NCBI GenBank assembly: GCA_002269645.1
Contig: NIVC01001873.1
Span: 163,124-227,123, forward strand
Reading direction: 5' to 3'
DNA length: 64,000 nucleotides
From: Macrostomum lignano
Taxonomy: Eukaryota
The notes under the pieces were generated by a model. That model did no database searches and was not told the DNA's origin. It saw nothing but the letters and a program-made list of their open reading frames with translations. How positions within the stretch are numbered: the first letter of the stretch is position 1; each line of letters begins with the position of its first letter. Shown in pieces: positions 22,033 through 34,800 of this stretch. Both the position numbers and the translations under genes were made by a program.

Positions 22033-22700
22033 CCGTGAAACAGAAATCCATTAAAATCCTCTTCGTGAAACAGAACTCCATCAGAATCCTCTCCGTGAAA
22101 CAGAACTCCATCAGAATCCTCTCCGTGAAACAGAACTCCATCAGAATCCTCTCCGTGAAACAGAACTCTATCAGAATCCTCTCCGTGAAACAGAACTCCA
22201 TCAAAATCCTCTCCGTGAAACTTAAATCCATCAAAATCCTCTCCATGAAACTTAAATCCATCAAAATCCTCTCCGTGAAACTTAAATCCATCAAAATCCT
22301 CTCCATGAAACTTAAATCCATCAGAATCCTCTCCATGAAACTTAAATCCATCAAAATCCTCTCCATGAAACTTAAATCCATCAAAATCCTCTCCATGAAA
22401 CTTAAATCCATCAAAATCCTCTCCATGAAACTTAAATCCATCAGAATCCTCTCCGTGAAACTTAAATCCATCAGAATCCTCTCCGTGAAACTTAAATCCA
22501 TCAAAATCCTCTCCGTGAAACTTAAATCCATCAGAATCCTCTCCGTGAAACTTAAATCCATCAAAATCCTCTCCATGAAACTTAAATCCATCAGAATCCT
22601 CTCCATGAAACTTAAATCCATCAAAATCCTCTCCGTGAAACTTAAATCCATCAGAATCCTCTCCATGAAACTTAAATCCATCAAAATCCTCTCCGTGAAA
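22033..22700. repeat. 30-bp minisatellite (CCATCAAAATCCTCTCCGTGAAACTTAAAT)n inside the terminal array unit
   Basis: About 22 copies. The first ~6 carry CAGAACT/CAGAAAT and the rest CTTAAAT. It is an expanded form of the 30-bp subrepeat present in every unit and explains three overlapping long ORFs. Confidence 0.95.
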
Positions 22701-22858
22701 CCGATATTCATCAAAATTCACTGTTGAACGAATATCTATCAATTATCTCCTTCAAGCAAAAATCCATCAATTTAATTAACAGACTCTGTTAAATTGGAGT
22801 GTATTAAAAACGCTTTCTAATTGTCTGGCTTAAATATATGCAAAGAAAAGGATTCAGT

Positions 22859-25800
22859 GGTTAGGGTTAGGGTTAGAGCTGCACAGTGTTGAAAGGCACC
22901 GATAATAAAAAAAATGAATCTATCTAAATCTAAATTTATTAAATCTAAAATTAAGCAATCTAAATCAACCCTCTAATACACAGCAGCAGTGAGAAGTTGA
23001 ACCCTCCCCCCAACAATCTTTGCAGATTAAAGTACAATCTTTGCAGAAAGTTAAAAGTATGGAAATCGTTTTTCAAATGCTTTCCTTTTCTTTTCATATT
23101 TAAAGCAAACAACTTATATCCCCGAACTCAGCGTTGCAAGATCTTGCCAGCAATGTAAGATTCTCCTCTCAAAGTTTAAAACTCGAGGAACAGTTAGCGT
23201 TTGAAACTGTCTGATTTATAGCATTGAAGTATCGAGTGTACGTTCACTGCCTGCTTGCAAGATGATGCATTGAATTTCAATGTCCAACAAATACACAGGA
23301 CTGCCCATTGAAAGGCAGGAAAACTTATCAGTAGCCATATCATTGCGCAATTATCTATAAAGTCAGCCAGTGAGCCAGGGTCCAAGTGTACACACGCAGC
23401 CACTGAGAACGCTCCCACCCCCCACTGGAAAGAAAATACACTACAGAGATAGGGAAAGGTTGTGGCGCAATCACTAAAAATTCATGCATTTTCAGCTCCA
23501 AGCAGAAAGAGGGGACAATTAAGATTATCAAAGGTCAAGATTCAAGTTTTCTGCTTTTTTGAGGATCTTAGAAATAAAAATTTCAGAATTAAAATAGCCT
23601 ATAGCCGACCTCGGATAATTTCCAATCTTCCCATATAAGTTTCAACGCTGAGTTGGCACTATTCAAGGAGGAGTTGTCGAAATGACAGACAGACATACAG
23701 ACAGACATACAGACAGACAAACAACGCGTCAACTTTAGTATAGATAGAGAGAGGGTTAGAACTACGCACAGCTTCATGTTAAAAGGCACTGATAAAAATA
23801 TTGAACTAATTGAATCAATTCATTGCGCAACCGATTTCACAGTCAGTCAGTATCAGTCTCAGTTAAAGTTAACAAAAACATTGCGCAATCTAAATCAACC
23901 CTCCAATACACAGCAGCTGTGAGAAGTTGAACCCTCCCCCAACTTTATCTATTCCGTCCCGCAAAACTGAGTACAATTTTTGCAAAAAGTTAAAAAGTAT
24001 GGAAATAGTTTTTTAAATGCTGTGCTTTTTCTTTTCATATTTAAAGCAAACAACTTACATCCCCGAACTCAGCGTTGCAAGATCTTTCCAACAATATAAG
24101 TTTCTCCTATCAAAGTTTTATAACTCGAGGAACAGTTAGCGTTTAAAGCTGCCTGATTTATAGCATTGAAGTATCGAGTGTACGTTCACTGCCTGCTTGC
24201 AAGTTGATGCATTGAATTTCAATGTCCAACAAATACACAGGGCTGCCCATTGAAAGGCAGGAAAACTTATCAGTAGCTATATCATTGCGCAATTATCTAT
24301 ACAGTCAGCCAGTGAGCCAGGGTCCAAGTGTACACACGCAGCCACTGAGAACGCTCCCACCCCCCACTGGAGAGAAAATACAGTACAGAGATAGGGAAAA
24401 GTTGTGGCGCAATCACAAAAAATTCATGCATTTTTCAGCTCCAAGCAGAAAGAGGGGACAATTAAGATTATCAAAGGTCAAGATTCAAGTTTTCTGCTTT
24501 TTGAGGATCTTAGAAATTAAAATTTCAGAATTAAAATAGCCTATAGCCGACCTCGGATAATTTCCTATCTTCCCATATAAGTTTCAACGCTGAGTTGGCA
24601 CTATTCAAGGAGGAGTTGTCGAAATGACAGACAGACATACAGACAGACAAACAACGCGTCAACTTTAGTATATAGAGTGGAACTCCTCCTTCGGAGGAGA
24701 AAGGGGAAGAACTCCCATCACCGGAATTCCATTCCCTGAAATATCCATCAACTGACATTCCATGTCTTGAACCCTATCTTCCAAATCGTCTCCAAATTCT
24801 TTACAAAACCTTTCAAAGACCATAGCTCAAAGACTCTCATGTTTCTCATATCTCCTCTCTCCTCTCTTCACTGATATCGTGACTCTCTTCTCTCTCCTCT
24901 CTCTCATCTCATCTCTACCCCTACTCCCTTTTTTGTCTCTTCTCCCTCGTCTTTCGTCTGTACCCTCTTCTGTCTCCTGTCTCCTGTCTCTTATCTCTCC
25001 TCTTCTCTCCTCTCCCGTATGTCATCTCTAATCTCTCCTCTCTCATATCTACTCTCTTTTCTCTCCCATTGGAAGAACTCCTATCACCAGAATTCAATTC
25101 CCTGAACTTCATTAGCTGAATTCCATGACCCGAGTTCCATCATCCAAGTCCTCTCCGAAGACAAAAGATCCTCTCCGTGAAACTGGACTCAATCGAAATT
25201 TACTTCGTCAGACAGAACTCAACTCTTAGGATTCAGTGGCTAGGGTTAGGGTTAGGGTTAGAGTTACACACAGCTGCGTGTTGAAAGGCACCAATAATAA
25301 AAAATTGAACTATTTAAAGCAACAGATTGAGCAATCGATTTCTCAGTCAGTCAGTATCAGTCTTAGTTAAAGTTAACAAAATGATTGCGCAATCTAAATC
25401 AACCCTCCAATACACAGCGGCAGTTAGAAGTTGAAGCCCCAAATTTATCTATTGCGTCTCGAAAAAAGGAGTACAATCTTTGCAGAAAGTTAAAAGTATG
25501 GAAATCCTTTTTTGAATGCTGTGCTTTTAGTTTTCATACTTAAAGCAAACAACTTATATCAGCATTGAAAGATCTTTCCAGCAATTTAAGTCTCTTCTCT
25601 CAAAGTTCAAAACTTGAGGAACAGTTTGTTTGAAATTTCCCAGTTTAAAGCATTGAATTTTTGAGTGTACATTCACTGCCTGCTACAGTGAGAGGCTTGA
25701 ACGTTCATGCATTGAATTTCACTGTCCGCCAGTTAGCAAGGGTCCAAGTGTACACACGCAGCCACTTAGAACGCCCCCATCCCCCCACTGGAGAGAAAAT

Positions 25801-28800
25801 GCACTGCCCAGATAGGAAAAAAGTTGTGGCGCAATCACTCAAAATTGATGCAAATTTTCACTTCAGAGCAGAAAAAGTGGCCAAAGAAGGTTAAGAAAAC
25901 AGTGTTTTGCTTTTTTAACGGACTTGACTTTTAATTTTTCAACATTAAAATAGCCTATTTGTTGCGTAGGAAAATTCTGGATTGATATATATAAGTCTCG
26001 CATTTGAGTTGCCAGCCGTTTAGGAGGAGATACGCGTTAAACCCGGCCGGTCGATCGATCGATCGATCGACCCACTCAGCTTTAGATATAAGACGAGGCC
26101 AACTCCTCCTCTGGAGGAGAAAGGGGAAGAATTCCCATCACCGGAACTCCATTCCCTGAAATGCCATTCCCTGAATCCCATCATCCAACTCCTCTCCGCG
26201 AAACTGAACATCATCGAAATCCTCTCCGTAAAAGATAACTCCATCAAAAACCTCTCCGTGAAACTGACATTCATCAAAATCCTCTCCGAGAAACAGAAAT
26301 CCTCTCCGTTAAACTGGACTTTATGGAAATCCTCTGCGTGAAACTGAAATCCATCAAAATCGTCTCCGCGAAACAGAAATTCTCTCCTTAAAACTGGACT
26401 GAATCGAAATTTTCTCCGTCAAAAAGAATCAACACTCAGGATTTAGTGGTTAGGGTTAGGGTTAGGGTTAGAGCTACAACGCAGCAGCGTGTTGAAAGGC
26501 GCCGATAAAAAATTGAACCAATTGAATTCATTGAATGCGCAACCGATTTCACAGTCAGTCAGTATCAGTCTCGGTAAAAGTTAACAAAAAGATTGCGCAA
26601 ACTAAATCAACCCTTCAATACACAGCGACTGACCCCCTTCCGCAGTGGCAATTAAAAGTTGAACCGCCCCTCCCCTCCCACCAACTGTTGGGGGGTTGGT
26701 CGAACCCCCATTGAACTCCAAAATGAGTACACTGCAGAAAGTTAAAAGTATGGAAATCGTTTTTTAAATGCTGTGCTTTTTGTTTTCACATTTAAAGCAA
26801 ACAACTTATATCCTCGAAGTCTGCATTGAAAGATCTTTCCAGCAATATAAGTCTCTTCTCTCAGAGTTCAAAACTCGAGGAACAGTTGGCGTTTGAAATA
26901 TCCCAATTTAAAGCATTGAACTATCGAGTGTACGCATGCGTGCACTGCCTGCTAAAAAGGCTTGCAAGTTTATTCATTAAATTCCACTGCCGCCCCAGCA
27001 CCCTCAACACAGAGGGGTTTGGTTAAGTTCTCAGTGCACACAGTTGTGGCGCAATCGCTAAAAATTGATGTCAACCGGCCCAGCTTACACTCCTTCAGCT
27101 GAAAGAATACACTGCACAGATAGGCCAGCTGTTTTGGCGCAATCATTGCAAATTACGCAAGATGGGCATATTCCCCTATTGTTCTACGATTTCTGCTTTT
27201 TTAGGGATCTTAAAATTTGAAAATAAAAAATTGAAATAGCCCACTGCCATCCTCGGAAAATTTGTAGTGTTCCCATATAAGTTTCAACGCTGACTTGCAA
27301 GTCGTCTAGGAGGATGTATCACACAAACAGACAAACAACGCACCAACTTTAGTATTAAGACGAGTGGAACTCCTCCTTCGGAGGAGAAAGGGGAAGAACT
27401 CCCATCACCGGAATTCCATTCCCTGAAATCAATCAGCTGAAACTCCATGACTTGAATCCCATCTTCCAAATCATCTCCAAATCCTCTGTAAAGCCTTTTT
27501 GCTCTCCTCTTTGCCCTCTCATCTCTACAGTGTAGTCTCTTATCTCTTCTCTCTAATCTGCTTTCCATCTCTAGTCTCTCATCTCTGCTCTCTCTTCTTT
27601 GCTATCTTATATCTAGTCTCTCCTCTCTCTCCTCTCATCTCTACTCCCTTATGTATCTCTTCTCCTTCGTCTTTCGTCTGTACCCTCTCCTGTCTCTTGT
27701 CTCCTCTCTTCTTTCATATCTCTCCTCTTCACTTCTGTCTCCTGTCTCCTCTCTTCTCTCTTATCTCTCCCTCTTCTCTCCTCTCTCATATGTCATCTTT
27801 TCTTACTTATCTATCGTCTCTCTTAACCCTCTCTCTTCTCTTTTCTCTCCTCTCTGCTCTCATTTCTCATATCTCATATACGCTCTCAGACTCTACTTTC
27901 TTGTCTCCCATCTTTCTTTCCTCCTTTCCACTATCCCCGTCTCTTCTCTTCTCTCTTTTCTATCCTCTTCATTCTCTCTTCTCTGCTCTCCTTGCTCCTT
28001 TCATCTTCTCCCCTCTCTTCTCTAATCTCTAATCTCTCCTCTCTCATATCTACTCTCTTTTCTATAATCTCTTTTCTCTGTTCTCTTTTCTCTTTTCTCT
28101 CGCATCGGAAGAATTCCCATCACCGGAATTCGATTTCCTGGACTCCATTAGCTGAATTCCATAACCCGAGTTGCATCATCCAACTCCTCTCCGAAGACAA
28201 AAAGATCCTCTCCGTGAAACTGGACTCAATCGAAATTTTCTCCGTCAAACAGAACTCAACTCTCAGGATTCAGTGGCTAGGGTTAGGGTTAGGGTTAGAG
28301 CTACACACAGCTGCGTGTTGAAAGGCACCAATAATAAAAAATTGAACTAATTGAAGCAACAGATTGAGCAATCGATTTCTCAGTCAGCCAGTATCAGTCT
28401 CAGTTCAAGTTAGCAAAATGATTGCGCAATTTAAATCAACCATCCAATACACAGCCACCGCCCCCTTCCAATACGCAGTGGCAAGTAGAAGTTGAACCCC
28501 CCCAACTTTATCTCTGACCTATCGCAAAAATAAGTACAATCTTTGCAAAAGTATTTAAATCGTTTTTGAATGCTGTGCTTTTAGTTTTCATATTTAAAGC
28601 AAAAAACCTATATCCCTGAACTCAACGCTACAAACTCTTTCCAGCAATATAAGTCTCTCCTCTCAAAGTTAAAAAATCCAGCAACAGTTAGCATTTGAAA
28701 TTTTCTGATTTAAAGCATTGAAATATCGAGTGTACGTTCACTGCCTGCAGCAGTGGGAGGCTCGCAAGTTTATTCATTGAATTTCACTGTCCTAAACTAC

Positions 28801-31800
28801 ACAGGGCAGCCTATTGAAAATCAGAACACATATCGTTGCGCAATTGTCTATACAATCAGCCAGTGAGCTAGGGTCCGATTGTACACACGCAGCCACTGAG
28901 AACGCGACCATCCCCCACTGGAGAGAAAATACACTGCAGAGATAGGAGAAAGTTATGGCGCAATCGCTCAAAATTCATGCAAATTTTCAGCTCCAAGCAG
29001 AAAGAGGGTACAATTAAGATTATCAAAGGTCAAAACCGCCGTTTTCTGCTTCTTTAGGGATCTTAAAATGTAAAAATGAAAGATTAAAATAGCCTAAAGC
29101 CATCCTCGGAAAATTTGCAGTTTTCCAATATAAGTTTCAACGCTGAGTTGCAAGTATTCTAGGAGGAGTTATGCAACAGACAAACAAACACACAAACATC
29201 GCACCAACTTTAGTATATAGAGTGGAACTCCTCCTTCGGAGGAGAAAGGGGAAGAACTCCCATCACCGGAATTCCATTCCCTGAATTATCCATCAACTGA
29301 AATTCCATGTCTTGAACCCCATCTTCCAAATCGTCTCCAAATTCTTTACAAACCTTTCAAAGACCATAGCTCAAAGACTCTTACGTCTCTCAAATCTACT
29401 CTCTCCTCTCTTCGCTATTTTCGTGACTCGCTTCTCTCTCCTCTCTCTCATCTCATCTCTACCCCTACTCTCTTATTTATCTCTACTCCCTTATTTATCT
29501 CTTCTCCCTCGTCTTTCGTCTGTACCCTCTCCTGTCTACTCTCCTATCTTCTATCTTATCTCTCCCCTTTTCTCTCCTCTCTCATATCTCATCTCTACTT
29601 ACTTATCTATTGTCTCCGCTCTACTTTCTCTCTTCTCTCTGCTCTCATTTCTCGTATCTCTTATACGCTCTCACCCTCTCCTTTGTTATCTACCATCTTT
29701 CTTCCCTTTCTACTGCATCACCTGTCTCCTCTCCTCTCTTTTCTCTCCTCTCATCTCCCCTCATCTCTTCTCTAATCTCGAATCTCTCCTCTCTCATATC
29801 TCTTCTCTACTCACTTATCTATTCTCTCTCCTCTGCTCCCCTTTTACACTTTCGTATATGCTCTCACTCTCACCCTCCCCTTTCTTATCTCCTGTTTTTT
29901 ACACTCCTTTCTACCACCTGTCTCCTCTCGTTTCTCTCCTCTCTGCACTCTCATCTTTACCCTCTTCTTTCTCCTCACTACTTTCTTCTCTTAAATCTCT
30001 GATCTCTGATCTTTCATCTCTCTCCTCTCACCTCTCACCTCTCTCCTCTCTTTCCTCTCTCCTATTGCCTCTGTACGCTCTTATCCCTCCTTTCTTCTCT
30101 CTCCTGTCTCCTCTCTGCTATCTCATGTCTCCTCTCTCATATCCTCTTCCTTCATCTCCTCTCTCCTCTTCTCTTCTCTCTCCTTCGTTCCCGCCTTACT
30201 CCCCTCTTCTCTCCCATCTGTCATGTCTAATCTCTCCACTCATTTCTACTCTGTTTTCTACCATCTCATATCTCTTCTCTTTTCATTCTTCTCTTTACTC
30301 TCTTCTCTGACTGATTTAAGATGCCAAATCCATCAAAATCCTCTCCGCGAAGCAGAAATCCTGTCCGTGCAACTGAAAACCATCGAAATCCTCTCCGTGA
30401 AACTGGACTCCTTCGAAATCCTCTCCTTGAAACTTAAATCCATCAAAATGGTCTCCATAAAACATAAATCAATCATAAATTATATCCGCGAAACAGAAAT
30501 CCTCTCCGTGAAGCTGAACATCATCGAAATCCTCTCCGTGAAACTGAACACCATCGAAATCCTTTCCACGAAACTGAACACCATCGAAATCCTCTCCACG
30601 AAACAGAAACCCTCTCCGTCAAAATTAAAACATTGAAATCGTCTCCACTAAACTGGACTCAATCGAATTTTTTGCCGTCAAACAACTCAACTCTCCGGAT
30701 TCATTGGTTAGGGTTAGGGTTAGGGTTAGAACTACGCACAGCTTCGTGTTAAAAGGCACTGATAAACTATTGAACTAATTGAATCAATTCATTGTGCAAC
30801 CGATTTCACAGTCAGTCAGTATCAGTCGCAGTTAAAGTTAACAAAAACATTGTGCAATCTAAATCAACACTCCAATACACAGCAGCAGTGAGAAGTTGAA
30901 CCCTCCCCCAACTTTATCTATTACGTCTCGCAAAACTGAGTACGATTTTTGCAGAAAGTTAAAAGTATGGAAATAGTTTTTTAAATGCTGTGCTTTTTCT
31001 TTTCATATTTAAAGCAAACAACTTACATCCCCGAACTTAGCGTTGCAAGATCTTTCCAGCAATATAAGTTTCTCCTCTCAAAGTTTAAAACTCGAGGAAC
31101 AGTTAGCGTTTAAAACTGTCTGATTTATTGCATTGAAGTATCGAGTGTACGTTGACTGCCTGCTTGCAAGTTGATGCATTGAATTTCAATGTCCAACAAA
31201 TACACAGGGCTGCCCATTGAAAGGCAGGAAAACTTATCAGTAGCCATATCATTGCGCAATTATCTATACAGTCAGCCAGTGAGCCAGGGTCCAAGTGTAC
31301 ACACGCAGCCATTTAGAACGCCCCATCCCCCCACTGGAGAGAAAATACACTGCAGAGATAGGGAAAAGTTGTGGCGCAATCACTTGAAATTCATGCAAAT
31401 TTTCAGCTCCAAGCAGAAAGAGGGGACAATTAAGATTATCAAAGGTCAAGATTCAAGTTTTCTGCTTTTTTGAGGATCTTAGAAATTAAAATTTCAGAAT
31501 TAAAATAGCCTATAGCCGACCTCGGATAATTTCCAATCTTCCCATATAAGTTTCAACGCTGAGTTGGCACTATTCAAGGAGGAGTTGTCGAAATGACAGA
31601 CACACAGACATACAGACAAACAACGCGTCAACTTTAGTATATACGAGTGGAACTCCTCCTTCGGAGGAGAAAGGGGAAGAACTCCCATCACCGGAATTCC
31701 ATTCCCTGAAATCCATCAGCTGAAACTCCATGACTTGAATCCCATCTTCCAAATCGTCTCCAAATTCTTTACAAAACCTTTGAAAGACCATAGCTCAAAG

Positions 31801-34800
31801 ACTCTCACGTCTCTCATATCTCCTCTCTCCTCTCTTCGCTATTATCGTGACTCTCTTCTCTCTCCTCTCTCTCATCTCATCTCTACCCCTACTCCCTTAT
31901 TTATATCTTCTCCCTGGTCTTTCGTCTCTACTCTCTCCTGTCTCATTTCTCCCTCTTTTCTCCTCTCTTCTCTCTCCCCTCTCCTCCCTCATCCCTCATC
32001 CTTCATCTCACTCTTTCTTTCTTCTCTACTCTCCCCTCTCTTCTATTTCCCCTGTACGCTCTTATCCCTCATCTCTATTCTCTCTCCTATCATCTCTCCA
32101 AATTCTTTACAAAACCTTTCAAAGACCATAGCTCAAAGACTCTCACGTCTCTCATATCTCCTCTCTCATATCTCTTCCCTCATCTCACTCTTTCTTTCTC
32201 CTCTACTCTCCCCTCTCTTCTATTTCCTCTGTACGCTCTTATCCGTCATCTATTCTCTTTCCTATTATCTCTCTTGTCTCCCTCTGCTATCTCATATCTC
32301 CCCTCTCATCTCCTCTCTCCTCTTCTCTTCTCTCTCCCTCTTCGTTTCCGCCTTACTCCCCTCTTCTCTTCCATCGGTCATGTCTAATCTATCCACTCAT
32401 TTCTACTCTGTTTTATACCATCTCATGTCTCTTCTCTTTTCATTCTTCTTTTTATTCTCTTCTCTGACTGATTGAAGATGCCAAATCTATCAAGATCCTC
32501 TCCGCGAAGCAGAAATCCTCTCCGTGAAACTGAAAACCATTGAAATCCTCTCCGCGAAACAGAAATCCTCTCCGTGAAACTGAAAACCATCGAAATTATC
32601 TCTTTAAAACTGGACTCAATCGAAATTTTCTCCGTCAAAAAGAATAAAATATTAGGATTCATTGGTTAGGGTTATTGTTAGGGTTAGGGTTAGGGTTAGA
32701 GCTACACACAGCTGCGTGTTTAAATAAAAAATTGAGCCAATTGAATCAATTGATAGCGCAACCGATTTCAAAGTCAGTCAGTATCAGTCTCAGGTAAAGT
32801 GAACAAAAAGATTGCGCAATTTAAATCAACCCTCCAGTACACAGAGACCGGCCCCTTTTCAATACGCAGTGGCAGTTAGAAATTGAACCCGGGTGTTGGG
32901 GGCATTGAACTAAAAATGAGTACAATCTTTGCAGAAAGCTAAAAGTATGGAAATAGTTTTTGTATGCTGTGCTTTTAGTCTTTATATTTAAAGCAAACAA
33001 TTTATATCCTCGAACTCAGCGTTGCAAGATCTTTTCAGCAGTATAAGTCTCTTCTCTTAAAGTTTAGAACTCGAAGAGCAGTTAGCGTTTGAAAGTTCCC
33101 GTTTTAAAGCATTGAAATATCGAGTGTACGTTCACTGCCTGCCAAAGAGGCTCGCAAGTTTATTCATTCATTACACAGGCCGGCTATTACACAGGGCAGC
33201 CTATTAAAAGGCACAGATAATGAAACAAATTGATGTCGCAACCGATTTCACAGTCAGTCAGTATCAGTCTCAGTTAAAGTTAACAAAAACATTGCGCAAT
33301 ATAAATCAACCCTCCAATCCACAGCAGTAGTGAGAAGTTGAACCCTCCCCCCAACTTTATCTATTTCGTCTCGCAAAACTGAGTACAATATTTGCAAAAA
33401 GTTAAAAGTATGGAAATAGTTTTTCAAATGCTGTGCTTTTTCTTTTCATATTTAAAGCAAACAATTTATATCCCCGAACTCAGCGTTGCAAGATCTTTCC
33501 AGCAATATAAGTCTCTTCTTTCAAAGTTTAAAACTCGAGGAACAGTTAGCGTTTGAAACTGTCTGATTTATAGCATTGAAGTATCGAGTGTACGTTCACT
33601 GCCTGCTTGCAAGTTGATGCATTGAATTTCAATGTCCAACAAATACACAGGACTGCCCATTGAAAGGCAGGAAAACTTATCAGTAGCCATATCATTGCGC
33701 AATTATCTATAAAGTCAGCCAGTGAGCCAGGGTCCAAGTGTACACACGCAGCCACTGAGAACGCTCCCACCCCCACTGGAAAGAAAATACACTACAGAGA
33801 TAGGGAAAGGTTGTGGCGCAATCACTAAAAATTCATGCATTTTTCAGCTCCAAGCAGAAAGAGGGGACAATTAAGATTATCAAAGGTCAAGATTCAAGTT
33901 TTCTGCTTTTTTGAGGATCTTAGAAATAAAAATTTCAGAATTAAAATAGCCTATAGCCGACCTCGGATAATTTCCAATCTTCCCATATAAGTTTCAACGC
34001 TGAGTTGGCACTATTCAAGGAGGAGTTGTCGAAATGACAGACAGACATACAGACAGACATACAGACAGACAAACAACGCGTCAACTTTAGTATATACGAG
34101 TGGAACTCCTCCTTCGGAGGAGAAAGGGGAAGAACTCCCATCACCGGAATTCCATTTCCTGAAATATTCATCAACTGAAATTCCATCTCTTGAACCCTAT
34201 CTTCCAAATCGTCTCCAAATTCTTTACAAAACCTTTCAAAGACCATTGCTCAAAGACTCTCACGTCTCTTATATCTCCTCTCTCCTCTCTTCGCTATTAT
34301 CGTGACTCTCTTCTCTCTCCTCTCTCATCTCATATCTACCCCTACTCCCTTATTTATCTCTTCTCCCTCGTCTTTCGTCTGTACCCCCTCCTGTCTCCTC
34401 TGTTCTCTGTTCTATCACATCTCTATTCTTCACTTCTGTCTCCTGTCTCCTCTCTTCTCTCTTATCTCTCCTTCTTCTCTTCTCTCTCATATGTCATCTC
34501 TACTCACTTATCTATCGTCTCTCTTAACCCTCTCTCTCTCTCTCTCTCTCTCTTCTCTCCTCTCTGCTCTCATTTCTTATATCTCATATACGGTCTCAGA
34601 CTCTACTTTCTTGTCTCCCATCTTTCTTTCCTCCTTTCCACTACCCCCGTCTCTTCTCTTCTCTCTTTTCTAATCTCTAATCTCTTTTCTCTTATGTTCT
34701 CACTCATCTCTTCTCCTCGCATCTCTCTTCTCTCCTCTCCTCACTACTTCCCTCTCTTAACTCTCTCATCTCTGATTTTTCACCTCTCTCCTCTCTCCTC

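Noticed and set aside
22004-22742. Three 230-239 aa repeat ORFs
   Set aside because: The 30-bp unit is stop-free in three frames, and the same unit appears as short non-coding subrepeats in every array unit.
24683-24699. C(UUCG)G tetraloop suggesting a structured ncRNA
   Set aside because: The register conserved across copies is a 7-bp stem with a variable 3-nt loop, which fits a DNA terminal hairpin better than a UUCG RNA loop.
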